A stretch of DNA of 64,000 nt, taken from positions 1,445-65,444 of the forward strand of contig JAZRXH010000095.1 of the NCBI GenBank assembly GCA_045600125.1, given 5' to 3'. Within the stretch, counting starts at the first letter, position 1; every line of letters starts with the position of its first letter. The notes under the pieces were generated by a model that searched no databases, was not told the DNA's origin, and worked only from the letters and a program-made list of their open reading frames with translations. The position numbers and the translations under genes were made by a program. Shown here in pieces: positions 55,430 to 64,000 of the stretch. Source of the DNA: Eubacteriales bacterium. Its GTDB lineage: Bacteria > Bacillota > Clostridia > Oscillospirales > CAG-382.

Positions 55430-55903
55430 ATGAAAAACAAAACCAACGCCATGCGCCTATTGGAGAATGCCGGCATCGAATACGACTTGTACGAATACGA
55501 AGTGGACGAGGAGGATCTCTCCGGCAATCACATCGCAAGAGAGATCGGTCTTGAGCCGGACAGAGTGTTCAAAACGCTTGTGGCAAAGGGGGACAAAGCG
55601 GGCTTCTGCGTGTTCTGCATTCCCACCTCCTGCGAGCTGGATATGAAAAAAGCCGCCTCGGCAAGCGGCAACAAGAGCGTGGAAATGCTCCACGTGAAAG
55701 ACCTTCTCGGCATCACCGGCTATATTCGGGGCGGCTGTTCGCCGATCGGCATGAAAAAGCAGTTTCCCACCTATATTGACGAAACAGCGCTGATTTTCGA
55801 CAAGATAACCGTCAGCGCCGGGGTGCGGGGCGCCGTGCTTCTTGTTTCCCCTGAAAAGCTCATCGACTTCTGTAAGGCTGGATGTGTCGATATCATACAG
55901 TAA
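55430..55903 (+). CDS. ybaK: Cys-tRNA(Pro)/Cys-tRNA(Cys) deacylase YbaK
   Basis: 157 aa. N-terminal TNAMRLLENAGIEY, the KTLV Lys motif and GGCSPIG are typical of YbaK. Confidence 0.88.
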   Translation: MKNKTNAMRLLENAGIEYDLYEYEVDEEDLSGNHIAREIGLEPDRVFKTLVAKGDKAGFCVFCIPTSCELDMKKAASASGNKSVEMLHVKDLLGITGYIRGGCSPIGMKKQFPTYIDETALIFDKITVSAGVRGAVLLVSPEKLIDFCKAGCVDIIQ

Positions 55904-55936
55904 TTATCGAAACAGGTCATAATGAAAACGAATAAG

Positions 55937-55972
55937 AAAAGACTTCGGGGAAGCGCCTCCGAAGTCTTTTTG
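55937..55972. terminator. bidirectional intrinsic terminator between ybaK and the WbsX-like gene
   Basis: AAAA-GACTTCGG-loop-CCGAAGTC-TTTTT. Confidence 0.8.
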
Positions 55973-55999
55973 TTTCATGTTTCACTTTGTTCTCGGAAT

Positions 56000-57115
56000 T
56001 TATTCGCCGTCAACGAACACTCTCTTTATGGCTTCCAGATAGCCGTAGCCGTTGCGGTCGTCCGGCTCAAGATAGCTGGTTTCCGTCCACTCGTTCCAGC
56101 TGTTGACCGTGATGAGAGGCGCCTGATCGGGATGGGAATCCGCATAGTCCCTGGCAAGACGCAGAGCCTTCTCGAAGTTTTCCGGCGTGTTGTTCTTCGT
56201 CACGTTTTCACGGAAGCGATAGAAGCGGGGATTATTGTCCCAACCCACCGAAACGTGAGGGAAATAGGGCTTTGTGCCGCCCGAAAGGGAAGCATAGGTT
56301 TTCTTTACGTCCTCAAGAATTTCGAGATAATCCCGGTTTGTATCCGTGAAATGGACGAACTGATAATGGGAGGAGCTGTCCGCACCGAGGAAATCAAGGG
56401 CTTCTGCCGTATCGAAGGAAGCGGAGCCGTCTACGCCGCTGTAATTGTACTGTCCCTTCGGACGGGTGGTAAGCTGGAAGTGCAGTCCGGGGAAGCCTGC
56501 CTTCACCGTTTCATCCCGGAAATACTGTACGGCTTTCTTTGCGTTTTCCGCACCGCCGAGACCCTCCACAAAATTCTTTGTTTCGTAGATCATGAATACG
56601 GGGCATCCGTCAATCTTATAGTAGTTATCGCACTTGAAGTATTTTTCGATGACCCTTGCAACGACCTTTTTGTATTCGTCAAGGTCAACGGCGCCCTTCC
56701 AGATGACGTTGTCACCGGCTTCGGTGTCCGAAAGCGCCTTGCACCAGAGGTGATTGGCGTCGTGGTTTGCCCACATGAGGTAGAACTTCATGTCCTTGTT
56801 GTTCTTGGCTTTGAGGAAGCCGTTATCAAGACACTGCTCAAGGAACGGACGTCCGTCGTACCAGTACCAGTCGTAGATGAATACGTTGACGCCGTGTCGA
56901 ACGGCGCACTCAATCTCGGTTTCCATTACATAAGGATCCGCTTCGTTCACATATCCCCACAGAGGCTTCCGGGGCCACGTGTCGCCCTCGTACTTTTTGA
57001 CGGCGTTCTTGACAGACTGCCATTCGCCGATGCCTTCGCCCCAGAATATGCGTGTTCTCAGTTCATCGCCGGTGTACGCCGGCCAGATATATGCCGCAAT
57101 ATCATACTTTTTCAT
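56000..57115 (-). CDS. WbsX / GH99-like domain protein (no signal peptide)
   Basis: The N-terminus IAAYIWPAYTGDE..WGEGIGEWQSV and FIYDWYWYDG resemble the Glyco_tran_WbsX/GH99-like family. It starts 13 nt after the pth stop. Confidence 0.65.
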   Translation of the reverse strand: MKKYDIAAYIWPAYTGDELRTRIFWGEGIGEWQSVKNAVKKYEGDTWPRKPLWGYVNEADPYVMETEIECAVRHGVNVFIYDWYWYDGRPFLEQCLDNGFLKAKNNKDMKFYLMWANHDANHLWCKALSDTEAGDNVIWKGAVDLDEYKKVVARVIEKYFKCDNYYKIDGCPVFMIYETKNFVEGLGGAENAKKAVQYFRDETVKAGFPGLHFQLTTRPKGQYNYSGVDGSASFDTAEALDFLGADSSSHYQFVHFTDTNRDYLEILEDVKKTYASLSGGTKPYFPHVSVGWDNNPRFYRFRENVTKNNTPENFEKALRLARDYADSHPDQAPLITVNSWNEWTETSYLEPDDRNGYGYLEAIKRVFVDGE

Positions 57116-57128
57116 ACGAATTTCCTCG

Positions 57129-57755
57129 TTAATTGAATTTATTCATGGCTTCGTCGGTCTTTCCGGAAAGCATCAGCGACGCCGCCTCGTAGGCGTTTCC
57201 GAATTTCTCGAACAGCACCTTCTGCTCTTCTTTCGTGAAGGTCGAGAGCACCCAGTCGGCAAGCTCTGTTTCGGGATGCGGCTTTTCGCCGATGCCGATC
57301 TTGATCCTGGGGAATGCATCCGAGCCGAGATGGCTTATGATCGACTTTATGCCGTTGTGACCGCCTGCCGAGCCGCTTTTTCGGATGCGCATCCTTCCCA
57401 CCGGGAGGCTGATGTCGTCGAAGATGACGATGATGTTTTCCGGCGGGATCTTATAAAAGGAAGCCGCTTCGGCGACCGCTTCGCCGGAGTTGTTCATGAA
57501 GGTCTGCGGCTGTACAAGAAGCACCCTTCTTTCGCCGAAGACCGCTTCGCCGACAAGGGCTTTGAATTTGGAGCGGTTGATACGCACACTGCACTTGTCG
57601 GAAATATAGTCAAGGGCAAGAAAGCCGGTGTTGTGCCTTGTGAAGGCGTACTCCTTCCCGGGGTTGCCGAGACCGACGATCATGTGCGTCAGCGGGGCAG
57701 TCGGTTGTGCTTCTTTTTTCTCTATTTTCCTGAATAAATCGAATATATCTGCCAA
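57129..57755 (-). CDS. pth: aminoacyl-tRNA hydrolase (peptidyl-tRNA hydrolase)
   Basis: GLGNPG, TRHNTG and GGHNG motifs. TTG start at 57755 is supported by AGAGGA 7 nt upstream. This gives a 24-aa extension ahead of the canonical MIVGLGNPG. Confidence 0.9.
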   Translation of the reverse strand: MADIFDLFRKIEKKEAQPTAPLTHMIVGLGNPGKEYAFTRHNTGFLALDYISDKCSVRINRSKFKALVGEAVFGERRVLLVQPQTFMNNSGEAVAEAASFYKIPPENIIVIFDDISLPVGRMRIRKSGSAGGHNGIKSIISHLGSDAFPRIKIGIGEKPHPETELADWVLSTFTKEEQKVLFEKFGNAYEAASLMLSGKTDEAMNKFN

Positions 57756-57778
57756 AACTGTGTCCTCTTGTTATGCAC

Positions 57779-58231
57779 TTATTCTTTTGCGGAAATGTCC
57801 CGGGCATCGCTTTCATCTTCGGTGGGTTCCTTTTCGCTTTCCGAAGGGAAGGCAAGAAGGAAAAGCTCCACGAGTCTTTCGGTCCTTCCGCATTTATACA
57901 GATAGCCGAACAGCACCTCAAGTCCCGTCGCACGAAGGTACTGGATCTTGTCGCCGTGCTTCGGCGTTGTGTGGGGCTTTGCGTTGCGTCCTCTTTTGAA
58001 AAGCGCCGTTTCTTCCTCGGAAAGGGTCGGGAGGATGCGCTCGACGGCGTTGCTCTGTGCTTCGAGGGTGACGTATTCCCGGGACGCAATATTCAGGTGC
58101 TTTGGCTGTGTGATGCCGTCCGACACCAGTCTGTCCCGGACGAGAAGCTCGATCACGGCGTCGCCGAGATACGCAAGGGTCAGAGTCGGGATCTGCGACG
58201 GGGGAGTGACGCTCTTTACGCTCTTTTCCAC
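57779..58231 (-). CDS. mrnC: mini-ribonuclease 3
   Basis: LAYLGDAVIELLVRDRLV RNase III-like signature. Conserved position after cysS, overlapping it by 16 nt. Confidence 0.88.
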   Translation of the reverse strand: MEKSVKSVTPPSQIPTLTLAYLGDAVIELLVRDRLVSDGITQPKHLNIASREYVTLEAQSNAVERILPTLSEEETALFKRGRNAKPHTTPKHGDKIQYLRATGLEVLFGYLYKCGRTERLVELFLLAFPSESEKEPTEDESDARDISAKE

Positions 58232-59661
58232 TTTACACCCTGAGGGGTATCCTCGAGGATAATGCCCCTGCCCTTAAGCTCATCACGAATTCTGTCTGCT
58301 TCGGCGTAGTTCTTTGCCTTCTTTGCCGCCGTTCTCTCGGCGATGAGCTTTTCGATTTCCGCATCGTCGCCGTTATCCTCCTTCTTAAGCTCAAAGCCGA
58401 AGAGGGTGAGGATCTCGGTATAGAGGTCGTTGGTCTTGGCGAGGAATTCTTCGCTCAGGTCGTCACGGAGAGCGGTATTGATGTCTCTTGTGAGCTCGAA
58501 GACGCTGGCAACGGCGTCGGCGGTGTTGAAATCGTCGTCGAGGGCTTCGCACATCTTTGCCTTGTGTGCTTCAAATGCAGCATACTTTGCTTCCTCGTCG
58601 GCACTCATCTTAGTACCCTTTGCGGCGGCACCGAGACGGAATTTTACGTTTTCTTCGCAGGTGTGGAGTCTTTCGAGAGAAGACTTCGCCGCCTTCAGCG
58701 TGTCCTCCGAGAAGTTTACGGGGCTTCTGTAATAGGCGGAAATGATGAAGTAACGGATGGCTTCATAGCCGTAGATCTTCGCCGCATCTCTTACCGTGAA
58801 GAAGTTGCCGGCGGACTTTGCCATCTTTTCGCCGTCTACGTTGATGTAGGCATTGTGGAGCCAGAACTTTGAGAACCGGGTGTCGGCGCAGCCGCGGCAT
58901 TCGTCATAGGCTTCCGACTGGGCGATCTCGTTCTCATGGTGCGGGAAGGTCAGGTCCTGACCGCCGCAGTGGATGTCGATGTTGTCGCCGAGGAAACGCT
59001 TTACCATGGCGGAGCACTCGATGTGCCAGCCGGGTCTTCCTTTGCCCCACGGTGAATCCCAGGAGGGCTCGCCGGGCTTTGCGGCTTTCCAGAGAGCGAA
59101 GTCGAGGGGATCTCTCTTTATGTCGTCGATATAGGTTCTTTCGCTGGCGCCCTGCATGAGGTCGTCCACCGACTGATGCGAAAGCCTGCCGTAGTTCTTG
59201 AACTTACGGGTGGAGTAGTACACGTCCATGCCTTCGCTGTCATCGGTGGGCTTTACGGCGTAGGCGTAGCCGCCCTTTTCGAGGGTCTCCACGATGTCGA
59301 CGATCTGGTCGATGTTCTCGGTCGCCTTCGGATGCACCGTGGCGGGGCGGATGCCGAGACCCTGTGCGTCGGTGTAGTATTCCTTGATGTAGCGCTCGGC
59401 GATCTCCTTGACGGTCACGCCCTCTTCGTTCGCCTTCTTGATCATCTTGTCGTCGATGTCGGTGAAGTTCTGCACGAAGGTCACGTTGTAGCCTCTGTAC
59501 TCAAGATAGCGGCGGAGAAAATCGAAAATGATGAAGCACCGGGCGTTGCCGATATGGAAGAAGTTGTACACGGTAGGACCGCAGGCATACATCTTTACGT
59601 TTTTGCCGTCGATGGGGGTAAATTCTTCTTTTTGTCTTGAAAGGGAATTGAATAACTGCAT
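58216..59661 (-). CDS. cysS: cysteine--tRNA ligase
   Basis: [16 protein letters not shown] (HIGH region), zinc ligand context and KMAKS (KMSKS). 481 aa. Confidence 0.95.
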   Translation of the reverse strand: MQLFNSLSRQKEEFTPIDGKNVKMYACGPTVYNFFHIGNARCFIIFDFLRRYLEYRGYNVTFVQNFTDIDDKMIKKANEEGVTVKEIAERYIKEYYTDAQGLGIRPATVHPKATENIDQIVDIVETLEKGGYAYAVKPTDDSEGMDVYYSTRKFKNYGRLSHQSVDDLMQGASERTYIDDIKRDPLDFALWKAAKPGEPSWDSPWGKGRPGWHIECSAMVKRFLGDNIDIHCGGQDLTFPHHENEIAQSEAYDECRGCADTRFSKFWLHNAYINVDGEKMAKSAGNFFTVRDAAKIYGYEAIRYFIISAYYRSPVNFSEDTLKAAKSSLERLHTCEENVKFRLGAAAKGTKMSADEEAKYAAFEAHKAKMCEALDDDFNTADAVASVFELTRDINTALRDDLSEEFLAKTNDLYTEILTLFGFELKKEDNGDDAEIEKLIAERTAAKKAKNYAEADRIRDELKGRGIILEDTPQGVKWKRA

Positions 59662-59693
59662 GATGATCTCTCCTGTTGAAATTTAGTATTACG

Positions 59694-60266
59694 TTAGTTC
59701 ATTGATATGTATTTTTTGTATTTTGCAAAGTATTCGATGCCGGAGTACAGCGTGAAGAGGGTCATGACCGCCGTGGCGATCCAGGTGACAAGATGCATCT
59801 CGCAAAAGACGGGGAGGGGAAGGAGCGGCTCGAGAAGGAGCACGAGGATGCAGACGCACTGGGAGAAGGTCTTGATCTTCCCGGACATGGCCGCCGCTAT
59901 GACCGTTTCGCTGCTGGCAAGAAGACGGAGCGAGGTCACCGCCAGCTCACGGAAGACGACGATGAGCGCCACCCATACGTAGACGCTGCGAAGGTAATCG
60001 TATTTTGCCATGGCTGTTACCAGCGACGCAATGACCATGAATTTGTCCGCAAGGGGATCCATGAATTTGCCGAAATTCGTCACAAGGTTGTACTTCCTTG
60101 CAATCTTTCCGTCCAGCATATCGGTCAGCGCCGTTACCACGAAAATGGCGGCGGCGGCGATGCGGCAGACATGATCCGAAAGAATGCTTTCGGGGAGGAG
60201 CAGAACGAGAACGAATACCGGCACGAGGATCACACGAAGGAGAGTAAGTCTGTTCGGAATGTTCAT
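59694..60266 (-). CDS. pgsA: CDP-diacylglycerol--glycerol-3-phosphate 3-phosphatidyltransferase
   Basis: CDP-alcohol phosphatidyltransferase motif DMLDGKIARKYNLVTNFGKFMDPLADK. Polytopic, 190 aa. Confidence 0.9.
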   Translation of the reverse strand: MNIPNRLTLLRVILVPVFVLVLLLPESILSDHVCRIAAAAIFVVTALTDMLDGKIARKYNLVTNFGKFMDPLADKFMVIASLVTAMAKYDYLRSVYVWVALIVVFRELAVTSLRLLASSETVIAAAMSGKIKTFSQCVCILVLLLEPLLPLPVFCEMHLVTWIATAVMTLFTLYSGIEYFAKYKKYISMN

Positions 60267-60290
60267 TGATTTATCCTGTCCTTTCCTGCG

Positions 60291-61652
60291 TCAGCGCACG
60301 GCTTCGCCAACAAGGTCGTAGTCCATGACCTCGTTTATCCGCACGTTCACGTATTCGCCTTCTTTGATGCGGCGGCTGCTCGTGAAATAAACCTTGCCGT
60401 CGATTTCGGGAGCATCGCAGGCGCTTCTGCCGTAGTAGGTCTCGGCGACCTTGTCGAAGCCCTCACAGAGAACCTCCGTGATTTTTCCGACGCTCTGCTC
60501 GTTGGATTTCTCATGAATGGCGTACTGATTGGACATCAGAGCGTCCTGCCTTCTTTCCATATGCTTCCGGGAGACCTTGCCGGGCAGGAGTGCCGCCGGG
60601 GTGCCTTCCTCCTCGGAGTAGGTGAACACGCCGAGTCTGTCGAATTTCGCTTCCTTTAAGAACTCCGCAAGAAGGGCAAAGTCCTCGCCCTCTTCCCCCG
60701 GGAAGCCCACGATAACGGTGGTACGGAGCTTCACGCCGGGAATGCCTTCCCGAAGCGCACGCAGACGGTCTTTTATAAGCTCGCTGTTTCCCCGCCGGTT
60801 CATCAGTTTCAGTATCTTATCCGAAATGTGCTGGATCGGCATGTCGATGTACTTGACGATCTTGTCTTCTTCGGCAATGACCTTTATCAGCTCGTCGGTG
60901 ATCTCCTCGGGGTAGCAGTAGAGAAGACGGATCCAGTGGAGCTTTTCGATTTTGCAAAGCTCCCGGAGAAGCTCGGGGAGCTTCAGCTCGCCGTAAAGGT
61001 CAAGTCCGTATCTTGTGGTGTCCTGCGAAATGACCATCAGCTCGGTGGTGCCCATCTCCGCAAGCTCTTTTGCTTCCCGCACCACGTCCTCGATGGGGCG
61101 GCTGCGGAAGCGTCCCCGTATCATGGGGATGGCGCAGTAGGTACATCGGTTGTCGCAGCCCTCGGAGATTTTTATGTAGGTCGAATACTCGGGGGTGGTG
61201 ATGACACGGTCCTCACCGAGAATCTGATTTTCAGCCTTGGTGATACAGCAGTACTTATTCTCTCTCTTTTCAAGAGCGCCGCCGTTTTCATAGGCGTTCT
61301 TTACGGCTTCCGCAATATTGCCCAGATCTCCCACGCCCACCATGGCGTCGATCTCGGGAAGCTCGGTGAAAAGCTCCTCGCCGTATCTCTGCGCAAGACA
61401 GCCGGTCACGACGATGCCCCGGAGATTTCTGTTTTCCCGAAGCCACGCCACATCGAGGATGTTTTCGATGGCTTCCTTCTTGGCGCTTTCAATGAAGGCG
61501 CAGGTGTTTATGACGATGACGTCGGCTTCAATGTCCTCAGCGACGATCTCAAAGCCTGCGTCGACCAGCTTTTTCAGCATGACCTCGGTGTCGACCCGGT
61601 TCTTTTCGCATCCGAGGGACACGAAAGCGACCTTGATTCCGTTGTTTTCCAA
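60291..61652 (-). CDS. rimO: ribosomal protein S12 methylthiotransferase RimO
   Basis: N-terminal VSLGCEKN, radical SAM CDNRCTYCAIP and a C-terminal TRAM domain. Start moved to TTG 61650-61652 (GGAAAGGA upstream), because a TTGCAA-17-TGcTATAAT promoter at 61695-61723 lies inside the track ORF's 5' extension. Confidence 0.9.
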   Translation of the reverse strand: MENNGIKVAFVSLGCEKNRVDTEVMLKKLVDAGFEIVAEDIEADVIVINTCAFIESAKKEAIENILDVAWLRENRNLRGIVVTGCLAQRYGEELFTELPEIDAMVGVGDLGNIAEAVKNAYENGGALEKRENKYCCITKAENQILGEDRVITTPEYSTYIKISEGCDNRCTYCAIPMIRGRFRSRPIEDVVREAKELAEMGTTELMVISQDTTRYGLDLYGELKLPELLRELCKIEKLHWIRLLYCYPEEITDELIKVIAEEDKIVKYIDMPIQHISDKILKLMNRRGNSELIKDRLRALREGIPGVKLRTTVIVGFPGEEGEDFALLAEFLKEAKFDRLGVFTYSEEEGTPAALLPGKVSRKHMERRQDALMSNQYAIHEKSNEQSVGKITEVLCEGFDKVAETYYGRSACDAPEIDGKVYFTSSRRIKEGEYVNVRINEVMDYDLVGEAVR

Positions 61653-61694
61653 ATTCAGTTTGTCCTTTCCTTGGTTTTCACAAATATTCACAAT

Positions 61695-61723
61695 ATTATA
61701 GCACATATGAAAGGCTATTGCAA
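61695..61723 (-). promoter_or_regulatory. sigma-A promoter of the rimO-pgsA-cysS-mrnC-pth operon
   Basis: The minus strand reads TTGCAA-17 nt-TGcTATAAT. Confidence 0.65.
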
Positions 61724-61745
61724 GCATTCGCCGAATTATTTACAT

Positions 61746-61769
61746 ATTATATGAAATTATATGAAATTA
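61746..61769. repeat. tandem 10-nt repeat ATTATATGAA, 2.4 copies
   Basis: attatatgaa attatatgaa atta, in the divergent rimO / FAD-oxidoreductase control region. Confidence 0.75.
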
Positions 61770-61821
61770 AGGCATGGGGAAAGGACAAAGGCAGGAAGAT
61801 TTTCAATTTTCCGCACTCCCC

Positions 61822-61851
61822 TTGACACCGGGACCCGAAGTGTGGTATCAT
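61822..61851 (+). promoter_or_regulatory. sigma-A promoter of the FAD-dependent oxidoreductase gene
   Basis: TTGACA-18 nt (ending TGG)-TATCAT. Confidence 0.55.
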
Positions 61852-61907
61852 AATGCCGTAAGAGCATAGTAAATCCATATGAATCATATAAAAAAGGAGC
61901 GCTTATT

Positions 61908-63119
61908 ATGGCATATATCATAGAACCCGAGAGAAAAACGGAGGTCACGGCAGAGTACGAGGTCGCCGTGGTCGGCGGCGGCATTGCCGGTGTAGCGGCG
62001 GCGCTTGCGGCGGCAAGGAAAGGGGCGAAGACGCTTCTTATCGAAAAGCAGTATTGCCTTGGCGGTCTTGCCACCCTCGGACTTGTGACGATCTATCTTC
62101 CCATCTGCGACGGTGCGGGTCGGCAGGTCAGCTTCGGTCTTGCCGAGGAGCTGCTCCGTCTTTCCATTAAGCACGGCGCTGAGGCACGTTACCCGAAGAG
62201 CTGGCTCGATGAGGAGCATTCAGTAGAAGAAAGAGCGGCGGCGGAACGGTATGAAGTGCAGTTCGACGCCAACGTCTACGCCATCCTTCTCGAAAAGGCG
62301 CTGGAGGAGGAAAACGTCGATCTCCTTTACGGTACGTCGGTCTGCGGCGTTCGGCGCGAAAACGGTAAAGTGACCTCCCTCATCATCGAGAACAAATCCG
62401 GAAGAAGTGCGGTGAAGGTAAAGTCGGTAGTCGACTGCTCCGGCGACGCCGACGTTTGCTTCCTTGCGGGGGAGGATACCGAGCTGTATGCCCAGAAGAA
62501 CGTGCTGGCGGCATGGTATTATTCCACCGACGACGCCGGAAGAAACAAGCTCAAAATGCTCGGCTTTGCGGAGCTTCCCGAAAGTCAGAAGGCAAAGGAC
62601 GATGCGTCTCTTCTCGTTCCCGTGCGCTTCGGCGGCATCGACGCTGTCGAAACCAGCGGCATGATGCAGACGGGACACGGCAAGATCCTCGAGGACTTCC
62701 TCAAAAACGGGGGCGTGTCGGAAAAACACTCGCTGACCTCCATTGCGGGCATCCCGCAGCTGCGGATGACGAGGCGTGTGGCTGGATACTCCGAGCTTGC
62801 CCTTGAGCTTGACCATAAATATGTCGAAAATTCGGTCGGCATGATCTCCAACTGGAGAAAAAGAGGTCCTGTCTACGAGGTGCCCTTCGACTGTCTCTTC
62901 GGTAAGAAGATTAAGAATATCATCACCGCCGGCAGGTGCATTTCCTGCACGGGCGATATGTGGGATATTTCGAGAGTTATTCCCTGCTGTGCCGTTACCG
63001 GAGAGGCGGCGGGCATTGCGGCGGCGATGACCGATGATTTTGCTTCCCTCGATGTAAAGGAAGTTCAGGCGGAGCTTGTCAAAAACGGCGTAGTCCTGCA
63101 CTTCGGCGATCTTGCGTAA
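61908..63119 (+). CDS. FAD-dependent oxidoreductase (FAD_oxidored family)
   Basis: Rossmann dinucleotide motif VAVVGGGIAGVAAALAAARKGAKTLLIEK. RBS is AAGGAG. Confidence 0.8.
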   Translation: MAYIIEPERKTEVTAEYEVAVVGGGIAGVAAALAAARKGAKTLLIEKQYCLGGLATLGLVTIYLPICDGAGRQVSFGLAEELLRLSIKHGAEARYPKSWLDEEHSVEERAAAERYEVQFDANVYAILLEKALEEENVDLLYGTSVCGVRRENGKVTSLIIENKSGRSAVKVKSVVDCSGDADVCFLAGEDTELYAQKNVLAAWYYSTDDAGRNKLKMLGFAELPESQKAKDDASLLVPVRFGGIDAVETSGMMQTGHGKILEDFLKNGGVSEKHSLTSIAGIPQLRMTRRVAGYSELALELDHKYVENSVGMISNWRKRGPVYEVPFDCLFGKKIKNIITAGRCISCTGDMWDISRVIPCCAVTGEAAGIAAAMTDDFASLDVKEVQAELVKNGVVLHFGDLA

Positions 63120-63186
63120 AGACATTTTCTCAGCCTTTCCGTTACGGCAGACGGAAATGAATTCAAATGAAACCGTAAGAATCAGC

Positions 63187-63221
63187 GGACGGAGCCCGAA
63201 AGCGGCTTCGTCCGTTCTATT
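63187..63221 (+). terminator. probable intrinsic terminator after the FAD oxidoreductase gene
   Basis: GGACGGAGCC-cgaaagc-GGCTTCGTCC forms a 10-bp stem with one G-U pair, followed by GTTCTATT. Confidence 0.6.
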
Positions 63222-63257
63222 ATCTCTTGAATGTTTACCAAATGGGTAAAGTATTGC

Positions 63258-63286
63258 TTGATTTGTTCATATCTGCGTGGTACAAT
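63258..63286 (+). promoter_or_regulatory. sigma-A promoter of the hexapeptide-repeat transferase gene
   Basis: TTGATT-17 nt (ending TGG)-TACAAT. Confidence 0.55.
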
Positions 63287-63355
63287 ATCCTCGTCTGCGG
63301 CATAGAATAGGCTGCGGAAGGGAATACAGCGTAAGGTAAGGAGGATAATGAAACG

Positions 63356-64000
63356 ATGAAGGAAAGCACGGAAACGGGCTTGAAAACAGCTATGGAGAAG
63401 GTGATGATCGCTTCTCTCTTCGATCTTGAAAAGACGATCGCAAGGGATCTTTTTCTTCGCCATGAATACCCGTGGGAGATACTGCCCGATATAAAGGACT
63501 TTGTGCTGTCACTGGGAAAGACTCTCGATAAGAACGTCTACGATGAGGTGAAGGAAAACGTCTGGATCGCAAAAAGCGTGAAAATCTATCCGAACACGGT
63601 GATCGAAGGTCCCTGCATCATCGACGAAGGCGCCGAGGTGCGTCCTTCGGCATTTATCCGGGGCAGAGTGATCGTCGGGAAGAACTGCGTGGTGGGCAAT
63701 TCCACCGAGCTGAAAAACTGCATTCTCTTCGATAACGTGCAGGTGCCGCATTTCAACTACGTGGGGGATTCGATCCTCGGCTATAAGGCGCACATCGGCG
63801 CCGGGGGCGTTACGTCCAACGTCAAGAGCGATAAAACGGAGGTCGTTCTGCATATCGGCGGCGTATCGGTTCCGACGGGTCTCAGAAAGCTCGGCGCCAT
63901 GCTCGGAGACTTTGCGGAGGTAGGCTGCAACACTGTCCTGAATCCCGGCACGGTCGTTGGCAGAAGCTCGAACGTATATCCGCTGTCAAGCGTGCGGGGC
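63356..64000 (+). CDS. left-handed beta-helix (hexapeptide repeat) transferase, GlmU C-terminal-like (3' end beyond the window)
   Basis: My own translation gives MKESTETGLKTAMEKVMIASLFDLEKTIARDLFLRHEYPWEILPDIKDF, then hexapeptide repeats (IEGPCIIDEGAEVRPSAFIRGRVIVGKNCVVGNSTELKNCILFDNVQVPHFNYVGDSILG). The frame is open to the window end, so it is absent from the track. Confidence 0.75.
   Translation, partial: MKESTETGLKTAMEKVMIASLFDLEKTIARDLFLRHEYPWEILPDIKDFVLSLGKTLDKNVYDEVKENVWIAKSVKIYPNTVIEGPCIIDEGAEVRPSAFIRGRVIVGKNCVVGNSTELKNCILFDNVQVPHFNYVGDSILGYKAHIGAGGVTSNVKSDKTEVVLHIGGVSVPTGLRKLGAMLGDFAEVGCNTVLNPGTVVGRSSNVYPLSSVRG

Overview
This 64 kb window looks like chromosomal DNA from a moderately GC-rich Firmicute, probably a Clostridia or Oscillospiraceae-like organism judging by gene content and promoter style. 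All family assignments come from reading motifs by eye; no searches were run. I support about 56 protein-coding genes. I found no rRNA, tRNA, CRISPR array, transposase, integrase or prophage genes. Positions 1-14.4 kb hold the conserved Firmicute housekeeping cluster yicC-remA-gmk-rpoZ-priA-def-fmt-(Zn peptidase)-rsmB-rlmN-stp-prkC-rsgA. The rest mixes core genes (proA, proB, gltX, glnS, nifJ/PFOR, rnhA, ybaK, pth, mrnC, cysS, pgsA, rimO) with accessory blocks. Many intergenic regions carry near-consensus sigma-A promoters (TTGACA-17-TATAAT, often with an extended TG) and clean hairpin terminators. The best candidate for an undescribed system is a cell-envelope acylation locus at 41.8-47.1 kb. 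It has a small membrane protein translationally coupled to an MBOAT acyltransferase, flanked by two paralogous DltD/AlgJ-like (SGNH-type) extracytoplasmic proteins with swapped domain order and surface-repeat or LRR modules. An unlinked ACP plus acyl-AMP ligase plus large metallophosphoesterase operon at 14.7-18.8 kb, behind tandem consensus promoters, could be its donor arm. Other items worth a second look are a 10-bp-phased repeat array between divergent promoters upstream of the remA operon, a perfect cre-type palindrome, a DUF5685 plus J-domain/TPR/Cys-rich-tail gene pair, a GNAT-gltX-glnS operon, tandem CNNM paralogs, and a cytoplasmic orphan enzyme cluster at 36.6-41.7 kb.
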